Source: Phoronis australis (taxonomy: Eukaryota > Animalia > Phoronida). Taken from it: a stretch of DNA of 59,014 bases. The first letter of the stretch is position 1; the number at the start of each line of letters is the position of its first letter. Below the pieces are notes generated by a model that was not told the origin of the DNA, made no database searches, and was given only the letters and a program-made list of their open reading frames with translations. Positions 35,124 through 47,900 of the stretch are shown piece after piece. The DNA lies in NCBI GenBank assembly GCA_002633005.1, contig NMRA01000454.1, forward strand, positions 141,123-200,136. The letters are read 5' to 3'. Made by a program: the position numbers and the translations under genes.

Positions 35124-35997
35124 GTAAATTTTTTGCCATTAGTAAATATTTTTTATATTCAGTTGAGAGTAGAGTTTTGCTCCGAAGAAATGAACGTAAC
35201 GGAATGAAGACTGTTAACAATGAAAAGTGTCGTGTGTTCAATTAATTCTCTATATTAGTAAATAAATGTTAATATTGTTAATGGTGATGCTGTTATTTCA
35301 AGCACTTGTACACTATAACGTGTATTAGCAACGACCCTCTTGGAAAGCATTGCACACTAATGATGAAATTACCCTTGTTAAACAGTGGATTGATTTTAAC
35401 GTGCAGTATTCTGATGCTTAAGCTATAGGATTTTCTGTATGAATTCTCAAGTAAGACAAGACAAGAGGAAATTCTACGATATCAAGATTGGTTGAGACAC
35501 TGTATTTTGGAAAAGTGGCTTGCAAAGGGTGTGTCAGAATAAATATTTATTTTTAAGTGATAAGTAAGAATAAATCCATTTTAAGTTGCCTAAAATTTTT
35601 GAACATTTACTTTTAAATAAGAGAGTCAAACTTGTTGACATGTAATTTAGATGGTGTTTGTTAGTTTGGTTCTGGGGTCAAAGCATTCTAGAGATTCTAG
35701 AAATTTCTGGAGCAAATCGTAACGGCTAATGATATAAGATACGTTCATGTAGTTTAGGTTAGCCAATCGCTAAATATATAGAATATTATGATATCGGCTG
35801 AAATTAACAAGATGTTAGATGATCTATAGTGGTTGTAGCATAAAGACTTGCTACAGTGTACAGAGGAAATTGTACAACAGATCCATCTAGTGGAAGATTC
35901 TAAGGGTATTAGCAAGGACAAGGATTAACGAACAGGAATTTAAATAAGAGCTTGTTTATTGCACCATGGGCAGTAACATACTGTCTGTACTAGTTGA

Positions 35998-36142
35998 GTC
36001 ACTAGGAACTGTTGCCAGCAAGAGGAATCGTAGGTAGAAGATACTGCCTGCAAGTCTTGCGTCACCAGAGACTGTAACCAGCAAGAGGCATCGTGGGAAG
36101 AAGATACTGCCATCAAGTGTTGCGTCACCAGCGACTGTGGCC
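35998..36142. repeat. 63-bp tandem repeat (~2.3 units) within a possible solo-LTR-like segment (~35748-36414)
   Basis: GTCAC-initiated units at 35998, 36061 and 36124; the segment starts TGTAG and ends ~CTACG. Confidence 0.7.
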
Positions 36143-37799
36143 ATGTAGTACACTGTCGCAGTGCAGTGTGTAATACTGTAGTTCGAAGATTCACCAACAG
36201 GACTGTTATCCAACAAGTGGAGAGTCCTACAGCTTGGATAGCAGAAGAGACGTTTGATTAGTTTGGTTGATTGATTGAAGTAATCTTTAGAGAGGGCGCT
36301 AGCGTAGTTACTCTTCTTTGCAGCTGATTTCTTAATTAAGAACATGTCTCACTTGTCTAGTGGTAATAATATGATAAATTAATTACTGGATTTAATTATT
36401 CTCATTCCATCTACGCACAATCCCAAAGCACACACTGTAGCTACCTTTTAAACAAACCCACAGTCTATCTCTGACAAGGTTTTTTTTTGATTCCTTTCTC
36501 AGAATTATATACAGCACTTTATGTAATGTTGTTATGTTTTTTGATGTTTGTCATTGTAAAATCAGTCCGCAGTATATTTGTGTTGCCAATTTCCACTTAA
36601 CGATTTTAAAGTAAGGCAGGGAATTTCCAGACCCCTGTTACTTACTCATTGGAACTGTTAAAACTAAAAAATGAAAAATGTCTATTGCGTTTGTGCTGTG
36701 TTATCTTATAACTAATAAAAATGCGTCTGATAGAACACCTACCATTACCTGAATCTATCACCTTTATGTTCTCTGCTTTCAAATTTTGTGGTATTTTGTT
36801 TCAGTCGGTGGTTTCAGATCATGTTACTCTTGTTACAGGGACGTCTTCAATTTTATTTTTCTGCGTGTGCAAGCGCAGAGAATTGTCGCTTCTCGGACGA
36901 TAATTCTCCAAAATACACGAGCGCTCTAGACAAGGAGGATAACGACTGAGAACATGTAATAATCTATTTATACCACCTACTGTACGAGAAACATTGCAAT
37001 TAATCAATCTACCATTCTCGACTCGCCTAGGCTTTTGTAACTTCTTTCTATATCAGGTGCAAACAAAACAAATGAAATCGGACAAACTGTATTCCCGTCA
37101 AGATGGCTAATAATGTTAACAGCTTCTTATTGAGTGTTATGACTACTATTCCTGAAAAGCTAAACCGCTTTACTAGTTTACGCGTCTGGGAACGGTGAGA
37201 ACTGGATTGTATGAGTTCCCGCTCACGAAAACATATACTCTAACTCTAGGAATCTCCAAACCAATACGTCTTATGTATTGCACAGATATACCTAAGTGAT
37301 GGATCTCGAGGACAAATAAGTTCCCTATACTATCTCGTGTTACATCATATGGTCCTCGCACAAATGCAATCCCCAAGAGTGCCTCAACAGCAAGAGCAAG
37401 AAAGGTGTACGCTGTTTTTATTTTGTTTTATTTTTGCTATTTTTGTATATTCACTTTGGTGCAATTATGTCTCAGCCAGTCACTCTAACAGTTGTCGTAA
37501 GCTGGTTAAGTAGGGTTGTTTTCATCTGCAACTGGGGTGCCACTACACCCGGTTTATTAGTAAACAGTATACATGTAACTTCGCCAAGTTTTCGAAAGCG
37601 TGTCACTCCAAAAGTAGTGGGGTGCTTCTGCCAGTTTATGCGTATAAATTATCTCAGATTGCCAGTAGTGTCTGGCTTATTTTAACACAAGATTATTAAT
37701 TTGCGATTTCAAAATCTTGAAACTTTCAAGTTTCTATAAGCTTTATTTCACGCACAAGTGCCAAACATACCTCCTAAAATCACGAAAGCACCCTGGGGT

Positions 37800-38600
37800 C
37801 ACAATAGCACAAACTCGGAGTGCTCGTTGACCTATACATCAGTGTACTGGGCTAGCATGTGGTTTGACTCTTATGTAATTACATAGTAACTTGCTGAATA
37901 GTTCTGATGATATCGTGCCAACTAGACTAAACTGTCACTAAACAGGAACCCTAGTCTGAAATGCATTTACTGACTGCAGATGTGTCCATCTTTTCCTGAC
38001 ATTGCAGACACAAATGTTATTTATCCTTTTGCTTAGCTATAGATTATATATTGAACCAGTTCTATACGGTGCTTGGGCTTCTTACGATCAATCATATTTT
38101 GTTGAGCAAGTCGCTTACCTGATTTGGGTACTTGGTGTTGAATATTTTATATGGGATTTTGCGGTATTATTGTTCCAGAGAGACTGTTGATGCCCCTCCA
38201 TAAAGTTGTGTTCTGGAGTATTTTTGTAGATATTTTATTTTTCTTTGATAGATATATAATGGACATGCAAGTTTCCGTATGCAGTTCTTCCTGTGGTACA
38301 CCGTGTGATACATAGTAGTTAGTAACTACATAGCAACCCTAATAAAAACGATCTTTCTATGCTGTGTGACACTCTGTATTCATGATATTGGCACCGTGTC
38401 ATTTTGGTCAGGTTCTGCACCGTCTACAGTCTACGAGTATTTACTTTTCTGATTTTGGTTATGTCCGTATTTAAAATGAATTTTACTCAGTATCATCTTC
38501 ATTTTCTTCGTGTATATTCTGTCTGCACAGTGATTTGGACAGTGATGCTCCGACAGTTAAGCATAAACCTCCCTTTTCCTCAAGAAGTCTGTTTTGTTTG
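37800..38600 (-). mobile_element. Highly decayed LINE RT relic
   Basis: Minus-strand VSHGVPQ (~38290-38312) and RLGFLFSDSL (~37925-37958) at RT-like spacing. Confidence 0.4.
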
Positions 38601-39233
38601 TACAAAATTTATGCTTTCAATAACACATTTTAAAACATAACAACCTCGCGTCTTTCTATTGTGATTGAAAATTGCCCATTAAAGGTTCAGCTGTTCATAC
38701 TGTACTTAATTTCGTTATTAACCTTCACCTACAGGTTAAATGCTTATTTCTTATTTCATGGTTATGAGGATGAAACAATCGAAAAATTCTTAACTCCAAA
38801 ACAGTCTATAGGACTCAAATGAAGCAGACACAAGGCTTCAGCCGTTGTGTTTAAGACCAAACAGACTTTTTTTCGAAACGTGCCATAGAAATTTTAGGTT
38901 TTAATTAATGATTTTTATTAATTTATCGATTTTCATCTTAAAAGAAGCATACAATGAAAAGGACCTTTTGAATACAGATTTAGATCTGTTCATGAATATT
39001 TTTATGATATGACATCTACCATGCTGAGGGTGCTTTATCTTCCCTGCAACATTATTTCTTTGCTACAACACTTCTATTTTCACAAAACATTTCCCTTTTC
39101 TGAGTACAATTCTGCAATTTCACCGATAGTGTCCTTAACAACATATGCTTCCTGGTGTAGTTATTCCCAACAACGCCTACCTTTTATGGTACGCAAGTTA
39201 ACTGTCAACCACAGTACCAACAGCCGTGAATGA

Positions 39234-41240
39234 TCTCTTGACCACACAGGACCCTGAACGTCAGTTATCCTCCGCTGTGTTGTACAATAGCTCATATAGT
39301 GTCCATTAGATTCGGAATAATCGAGGGGCACTTGGGGTAATAAAGTGCGCCCTGAACCAGGGTTTGCTGCCATATGAGTGAGGGTGAGTTGGTTTCCGGG
39401 GGTGGCTGCACCCTGGAAAGGCCTGGCCGAGAGTGATGGGTGACCCTGTAGCATGCGATGCTCGGGTGGGAGCCACCACAGGTCCTGCAGGTATAGGTTT
39501 GTGTCTGCACTGCCATTCAGTAGTTAATAGCATAGCAGTGTCTGGTAGGTGGGCGCGGTATGGTGACAGTGGAGGGGCTTGTCGTGTACAAGGACCACAA
39601 CTCCGGTTCTATTGTTGACCAGGGTGTGGCTGGGCTGCAAGCTTTGCGGGAGCGGTACTGCTCATCGTGATGTATCCCACCTTTCCTGGTCGGCTGTGCC
39701 ACAAGTCGAACGTCGTGCCTGTACTGGAGGCAAATCCGAGAAAGGCTTCGGTCCATTTCCCATTGATTGAGACTACCTTTTTCCCCCATCCCCTGCCACT
39801 CCTCTACCAGGGTCACGGTCCCCTACGCGAGTTGTGGCGGTGAGCAGGATAGTTCTTCCACGAACAACCTTGCCTATGTGGCATATACTGAGTCCCAGCG
39901 CTACGTTCCGTACAATATCTCTTTTTATCAATCACTCCGGCTGGTCTGCTCACTCTGCTTGTCTGGAACCTTCTTTGGAGGTTGGTATAGCCCAATTGGC
40001 CGTTTGGTGTACCCCCTTGGTACTTTATATGATATTTGCCCATTTGGCAGTTTGTACCCATTTGGTACTTGTTATTGTTGTTCCTGAAACTGTCGTTTTG
40101 CTTGACCCAGTTGTTAGCCAATTGGCCAATACCTATTTGGTATTACGTACCCATTTGGTACTATGCTAACCTGTTCCTCATAGTATCCGATACTCAATTA
40201 ATATTGGTTATGGTAAATGTGTGTGTGTTATCTCTTGTAATTAAGGAATGCATCTGGTTCCTTCTGTGAAATGTTTATTTGTAGACATGTGACTCTGAAA
40301 TTTTCAGTACAACTTAAAATATGTATTAATGCTGTTTTATTTGTCCCCAAACTGAGATTGATGGCACTCGACATAAATCCTATAATTTGTGCAAGTACCA
40401 CTCTACAACCCTTCATGCTTCATATCCAACTCCTATTTGCATGTAGTTCCTACCTAGTCCGATGGTAGCGCTGTTTGTCCTGTCACGCCAGCTTCCTATT
40501 GGCCCACCTCAAGCAACAGTACACTCCCTCGTAAGTTTTCCCAATTAGACAACGTTATACCTCTCCCAAACTCCCTACCCTTAGTTTCACAAAATCTCAT
40601 TTCAACTGAATTATACCTTTTCCACCCTCCCTGCCTTTTTTAAACAATTCTGCAGCTGGTTACAGTTGTTATTACAGTTACTGCTGGTACCTCCTTCAAG
40701 CCCGGAGCGTGTTACCGTCAAGCAAGAAATGGCGTAGAGGGCTAGCGAACAGACTGGCCTCCCGTTCAGTAGCGCGAGGACCTCGCTAAAAAGCAAAACT
40801 TCTCGAGATTACTTGAGGTATTGCCGTGTATTTTAAATAGGAACACGTGACATTGGCTAGATCATAGCTAGGTCCTAGCGTACGTCCTAGCGTTACCGAA
40901 CGCAGGCCTGCACTCGAGCGTCCGTTACTTCAGCTTAAGCCTGTCCAACCCGATCACAGCTCTCAGCACACACTGAGCCACAACACCACATTCCTTACTA
41001 TGTGCCTTCTTATTACGTCGGCTCGTCTGCTCATTCTGCTTGGCAGTTTGGTGTATTCACTTGGTACTTTATGCGATATTTGCCAATTAAAGTTTGTACC
41101 CATTTGGTACTTATTATTGACGTTGCCCTTTTGCTCGACCCTCTTGGTAGGCATCGGTCAATGCCCATTTGGTATTACGTAAAACTTTTGTACTATGCTA
41201 ATACATGTATGTGCCACTTAGTATCCGATACTCAATTACA
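39234..41240 (-). mobile_element. DIRS/Ngaro-type retrotransposon remnant (gag-like fragment plus direct repeats)
   Basis: LQYRHDVRLVAQ...HDEQYRSRKA..P..WSTIEPELWSLY, then CYAIN and CRTCGGSHPSIAC; diverged direct repeats at ~39882-40200 and ~40969-41239. Confidence 0.65.
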
Positions 41241-44000
41241 CATTGGAAAACATAACATCCTGTGCTATACATTGTATTACACTCTAATACATTCGGGTTT
41301 GATGTTTAGGAAGGTTTTAACCTTCATATTGATGAAGTTAATAATACTTTCAAGTTGAAAGATTATTGATTTGTAGCGTGGCAGAATTGAGTATAGTCCT
41401 ATCAATCTCGTTTTAAGCTATGTATATGCATTCCTCTCTACCAACATTGACGGTAATATTTTGTTGCACTGAGGCCCAGTGAACAAGTGTCCTTCTCTCC
41501 CATAGCCGACGCTATGAGTTTACATAGTGCTGTAGACGGGTATGCCGAGTTAGAAAATTTTCCGTTGTGGTCATCCACCGGAGAAATCAAAAGCAGAGCT
41601 TTCTGTGGTTGCCATATGGACGCTAAAAGGTCATATTCATTCTAATATGCATAAATGAAGGGTTTTCTTACATAAATGGCAGGTAATTATTCTGCCACTG
41701 TTATTAAGCAACTGTCCAGTCGACTCTAGGAAGCAGACAAAATCACTTTCGTGGATACATGTTTGGGGGCAAGATATTTTTTGGTGTTTTAAAGGTCATT
41801 AAATACTTGGAAATTCATGAAAATCCGTGTATCACTCACATGTAGGTACAGTAAATACTTCCATTTTCTGACAGTTTTTCGAATTAAGATTATGTAGGTA
41901 TATTTGCTAGCGAATGTTTGGAACTGGGACAGTTTTTCAAGTTTTCTCTTGTTTGTGAACTTCTTTGTGATGGATTTGTGGCAAATGATATAATGTGGTG
42001 GCAACGCATATACATTTCTTTGAGCACGGTTATGTGGAACTACCAGTGAAAATCTCCTTAATTTTCTAGCAGGTTCAGCATTGTTTCCTTCACCAGCTTG
42101 GCCTCCGACTTTTTAAAGAGCTCTTTCATTTTTTAGTTCATTCGTATATTGTCTGAAAAACTGCTTGTGACAGAAGAACTCAGTTTTTTCCACAAAAATC
42201 TAAACACTTCTAAGCAATTATATTTTCCTTGCACTCGGTTTTGATCCATTTCTTGAAGCCCCAGTCTTCGTAATGTCTGATAATTCATGGAGCTCAGAAT
42301 TCTGAGCAAAATCTGAGGCATGAATGTTAAAAGGGCAGACATCTTGTCAGTCTGTTGTGAAGTCGAACACTCATTCAATAATTCATGGTTTCTGCAGTGT
42401 CCTAGTTGGCCCAAAACTGCTGTTTTCTTACGAACAAAATAATCCAGGCACATGCCAAGAATTGCATGCATGTCAGAATTACACTTGTCATTTGACTTGG
42501 CTGTCCTTAATTTCAAACTTCTGCCTTCTGGTTTATGAGCCTTGACCCTTGGCAATTTCCAATAACTTGCACATCTATCCTATCCAAGAATTAATACTGT
42601 CCAATAAAGACAGTCGCTGTAAACAAGGTAACCAAACCAGCAGGATAACTTTAGCTGGCTGTCCTCTGATGAATGCTCTCATGAAGCGGACATGTAAATG
42701 GGAATAGTACGGACACAATGTTTTCGTGGCATTTGATTGTCTGTGCCGATCATTTTGCACTGAAATCTGGTGGCGAACACAAACACACTATTTGTATCCA
42801 TTTTCCGCAACTTTTAAATTAAAATTCTTACTAAACGTGCGAGTGTATTCTTGGGAACTTTTTGAAATTGACTTTTGAACACCTGTAGATGGGTATAATG
42901 CAAAGTTCCCGTTCCCCCCAAATATAGCCACGGAGGTGAAAGATGTGGTACCTGGGAATATGGCCTATAATGGCGATTTTAAGGATATGAAACATAGTAG
43001 GCTACCTTTACCAATGATGCAGTTTAATAAATACCTGTACTTACACTCAATGTCCTTGTCATCGCTATCAGGATCTAGAAAAATGACATTTTTAATCAAG
43101 TAATCCCATACAGTGTAAAATCACATATAGACTCAGGTCAATGTCAATCAATACGTATCCACAGCTGCCAAAACACGCTTGAAAATTTAATATTACAAAA
43201 AATATTTTATGTGTTAAATAAAAATGTGTAGGACTATATTGTAAAAATTTCTCTTGATCACCTGTGCTATACTTATGATCCAATGGCACGTTTACAAAGG
43301 AAAACTACGAAACTGCACTCGCTCCTATCGCCACCTACCCTGCGTTTTGCAATCTTTGTTACATGCTGAACCTCTCTCGAATTCCGTATTCTGGCCTCTT
43401 GGTCCTACCATCGCTGCTTCTGCAGTTGGAATAGCAACAGCACTGTGTTAATGTAAACAAAGTTCCAACATTTTTAAACATGGCACATGTATGTTGATAC
43501 TTATGGGAATACTCTTTGCACCAAAACATTCACAGTGTCCATAAAAAAGAATAATTCAGAGCGTCATCACAATATACATGTATATGTATTCATCCCATAC
43601 GCGTTGACCCTGTCGAGTGCAATAAGGCCATGTACATGTAATAATGTTTTCCGTATTCACCTCCCGCAATGCGTCAACATTGATCTCTGACATGGAAAGT
43701 TCAAAAGGTAGGTCAATGTCGACTCGACGTCTTCAGCCGGTTCCGTCATCATTCTTTCCCAATATAGTTTCAAGTAATACAGTTGCAGCAGTGTATCTAA
43801 TGTACGACATGCAACCAGGCCCTAAACGTAAAATCTGGAACAAAATTGTTAATTATATGACACTTCTGTCTCAGCTTTCAATTGCTGTATGCTATATCGT
43901 CAGCAACTCAGGAGCCGATTCCTCGGAAACTACAATAGCACGTGTTGTTATTTAACTATTTCCAGGAGATGTTACAAGTTAACTGCAAAGTTGCAGTTGT

Positions 44001-44450
44001 TACTCTGCGCGTGTAAGCGCAGAGTACTGTTGTTCCTGGGTTTTCTTCAATTTTATTCTTATTCTTATTCTTATTACTCTGCGCGTGCAAGCTCAGAATT
44101 TTACTGTTCTACGTATTTCATCTTCTTGTTCTTATTATTATTCTTATTCTTCTTCTTCCTTCCTTTTCATATTGTTATTATTCTTACATTCATTCGTTTA
44201 GAACAATAATATTCATTGTTATTGATAAGATATTTAAGGAATTTATATTTAGAATATTTTCGATCCTAAATGCACTAGGATGACCTGAAACGGGTCAATT
44301 AGTGCATTTTTTCAAAATGCTTCTACAGTTTTTAGATAGACTCTTCGAATTTTGTTAACAAATAGGGACTAAAGACGTGCATCAGAAATTTACACGGATT
44401 TCCAATCGGACAAAGGGAACCGAGTTTCCGGGTCAAGGGTCATTAAGTGC
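44001..44450 (+). mobile_element. Helentron-associated (HINE/DINE-like) element, duplicated head
   Basis: Hairpin TACTCTGCGC-GTGTAA-GCGCAGAGTA followed by a (TTATTC)n microsatellite; second head at ~44074; related head at ~36860-36881. Confidence 0.6.
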
Positions 44451-47099
44451 ATAATAATTTCAGTAATACGCACAAACAGAGTCCGTTATTGTCACACCGT
44501 GACAATAATCTTTCTAGTTTTTATCTTTGTTATCTATTTTCAAGAAATAAATCGTTACCTTTAAAACTGTTACTTTTACAAGAGAAAACTTGCAACCTAA
44601 CAAGCAAGTACATACATATAGGATGTGATCCGCCATGTGAACAGTCTGAGTGAAGTACTTAAAAATCTGCGGAAAAATGAAAGAAAATCAGGAGTTCGAA
44701 GCGCATGGGATAAATACAAAGCGTACCTCGACCTTCGCTCTCGGTCGATACGCGTAATAATGTCTCGTAGTATATTACTTCATGTACGCCAACCGATCGG
44801 GTACATGCCATTGTACGTTTTGTTTATGTATTGTGTGCACAGCAGGGGATTTTTGCAAGAAAGAAGGCATCCGTATTCAACGCGTTGACTACGTAAAATC
44901 CGTATTCAACGTGCGTTGAATAAGGAAAAGTACTTCCTCCATATGAAACCTACAATACAACCCGTTTTTGTGTCTTCTAGAACGGATAGTACATGACAGC
45001 AATGTGAATAGAAGCATAAAGTGATATAAAATTGATACCGTGAAGAAGAATACTAAACCCTAATCACGTCAAGCGTAGTAAGTATGCGATATTATTTCAA
45101 TAGTTAAATATCGTGACCAAGGTACAGGTAATGACTTTATTCCAGTTTATAAAATAGTGTACTATGTCATAACAACAGCTTGACCTTATTACTCATATCT
45201 ACCAGCCTAAAATATATATCTGCATCTTTGAAGTCAAATGACCTGTCATTTCCGTGCTAAAATTAATCATTCTTACAATCACCTCCTTACTCAAAACGCC
45301 GCATCATGTCCTCTGTCAATTGAAACGTTAGCATGACTTTATTCCTAGAGAAGAAACACTGTTTTTAAATAAGTAAAACAAACAGAAAGGAAGTTTTAAA
45401 GAAGTTCAAATACCACAAATATTCGAGTATTTTGTTATTTTAATTCAACGTGTAACGACATAACCAAAACCTCTTGGGAAATTTCGTCAAAATATCAATG
45501 CTCACCCACACAGAAAATGTTTCAAAATATACGATGAAAGGTTATTTACTTTGAGGTATAGAACTTCTTTGAGTTGCACGTACATGTAATACAGAGGTGT
45601 AAAACATGAGAAAAATAATTCAACAATTTAAATATCTAAAACTAAAATTTCTAAAATCTCAATAGAAATATATATGCTAAAACAAAACATTATACTTGTC
45701 CTCCATCTTGGTTTTTTTACAAGGCAGCTTAAAAAACGTTCGCCACCAAAAACACGCTTTCCACGAGAGCGTCGTTCAATAGCACAATATCGCGAAGTAC
45801 TTCAAACAATCGTGAAGGTATTGTAAGTTAAACATTTTAATGAACAGTTGATTCAGAAGAAGGACCAAATAAACTTTGTAAAGGGCGCGAATGATGAAGA
45901 AACTTAAAAGTAAGATTAAAAGTGTCTAGACGAGTACATTGAGAAAAATGTCCTCTTAAATTCGTAAACATTTCTAAAGGCTACATAATGTGTAAGTTAC
46001 TGTCGGCAACTTATCATTGCAAGCGTGTACGATAAAACGACAAATTTGTGAATTTAACCTACCTGTATTTTATAGTCCGTGTTTCCTCTTGTGATTCTTT
46101 TCCAAACTTACGGTCAAGAGAAATTTAATGGGATCAGCTACATAGAAGTATTTGAAGCTTTATTCTTTACTGGATTTACGTCGATTAGTACATATCTTGG
46201 TTGTTTTTTCTTCTTTTTCTTCTGATGGTCTTATTTGTCGCCTTCTAACTTCTTGTAATTGTTCTTTTCCTCCTAATTCATTGGTATCCAGTGACCGGTT
46301 GCATTGAGCAGTCCCGCATAGAAACTCGATTAAGTTCCCTATACCTACTGCGTTTTTGGGTTTGAGAAAACAATGACTATCCTTTCCTATGTTGCTTAAT
46401 TGTCACTATTAAGTCAGTTTTTGAATATGATACAAATCGAGAGTGAAGTCTTCGTGGGATTCTCCAAATTATTGAAAATAAATAAGGACCTTTTCATACA
46501 ACGCTGATAACTTAAGGGCTACTCCCTGATTATTTTGGATGAATAATGGGCTTAGCTTTTTGATATATTATGTAGGAAATCTAAGGTTGTGACTGATAAA
46601 ATGGTACTAAAGACTCACCGAATACGCTAATAAAACAAAAAAGGTTTGCTTTCACTAAGACAAGGAAGTAGACGGTCATTTGGGATGCCAAAAAGCTTAT
46701 ACAAACTTCTGAACGGACGTCGCAGTCTTGTTTATACGGGAGAGAGCTCCAGAGCTTCACAGCATTGGTCCCCACCTTATCTTTTGGAGGGTTGTCGCGG
46801 TAGAGTGTCTTGGGTTTGAGTTAGAAAGAACACTTACAGACTCACAAAAGAGATGCAATCATCACCCGGATGTGATGTTATAAAGCCCGAGGAAAGGATA
46901 TTGCGAGCGCTATCCGTACATAAGTCCACAACAGCAAAAAGCAATGAAGAACACACCCGAAAATAAGTGTTCATACCCGGTTACTTTACATTATTGTACC
47001 TCACATCAAAACAACACTAATGAAACTATATAACCTGTGCAGGTTCATGGTGTTTTAAAACGTGTTAAAACGGATCATAAATGTGGTTATGTCGGTATG

Positions 47100-47900
47100 C
47101 AGTTTGTCCATTTAATGAGGTTGTAATTCCAAATCTTTTTGATAATGCCTGGTTCCTTGGGTTCGCAGTTGATTTTAAATTTTGTTTCTATAACATGGTA
47201 TTCTGAGTTACCAATGGGAGGTCAAACAGAAGTCTATGAAATAAATCCGAGACTGTTTGTAATATTTAAGTCAAAGCAAGTCTGTGAACACCCTGTTCAA
47301 CGTGTAGGTTCATCTGTTAGTTGTTTACAGTCGTTTGAGATGAGAATATCGAATAATTAGAGACCGGCTTGATTGTCATTGTCATCTGAGTAGCAAGTAC
47401 TATTTCTTGCCTTGAAATTCCCGTTGAAAGCAATTGTTTTATTAGTTTGTGAGTGACAGAATATACAAAATATATCACTTCGTCACCTGTATTATTAAAC
47501 TTGCACTAATGTCGATGATTCGTTGTCTAAATTCTGCCTCTCCGACAAGGTAACTCACTCAACAGGAAATAATCCCTATGTGTACTCCACCCGGATTTGA
47601 AATGGGACACATCACGTCTGCATTACCATGGGACTTACGGTACTGTATCTCAAATTCGAAAGACGCGAACTTTTCTAGCCAGTTGATCGTTCGGATTCTT
47701 AAAAGTCCGTAATCAGGCTAAGGTGTTATGGTGGGTGAGCACTATGAAGGGCTGAACACTCAAATAAATCAAAATCGGTCTACAAATTTGACTATTTGCG
47801 AGAATCTCGTAGTGTTGCACAATAGCGCTGTTGTTTCAGACTGAGCAATAAACTAGCATACACGATGACACATTCTTTTATTTCTTAATTTGGTTCATTT
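47100..47900 (-). mobile_element. Highly decayed LINE RT relic
   Basis: Minus-strand EILANSQICRP (xLxxxQxGFR-like, ~47775-47810) and CYSDD...AGL (YADD-like, ~47360-47395). Confidence 0.35.
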
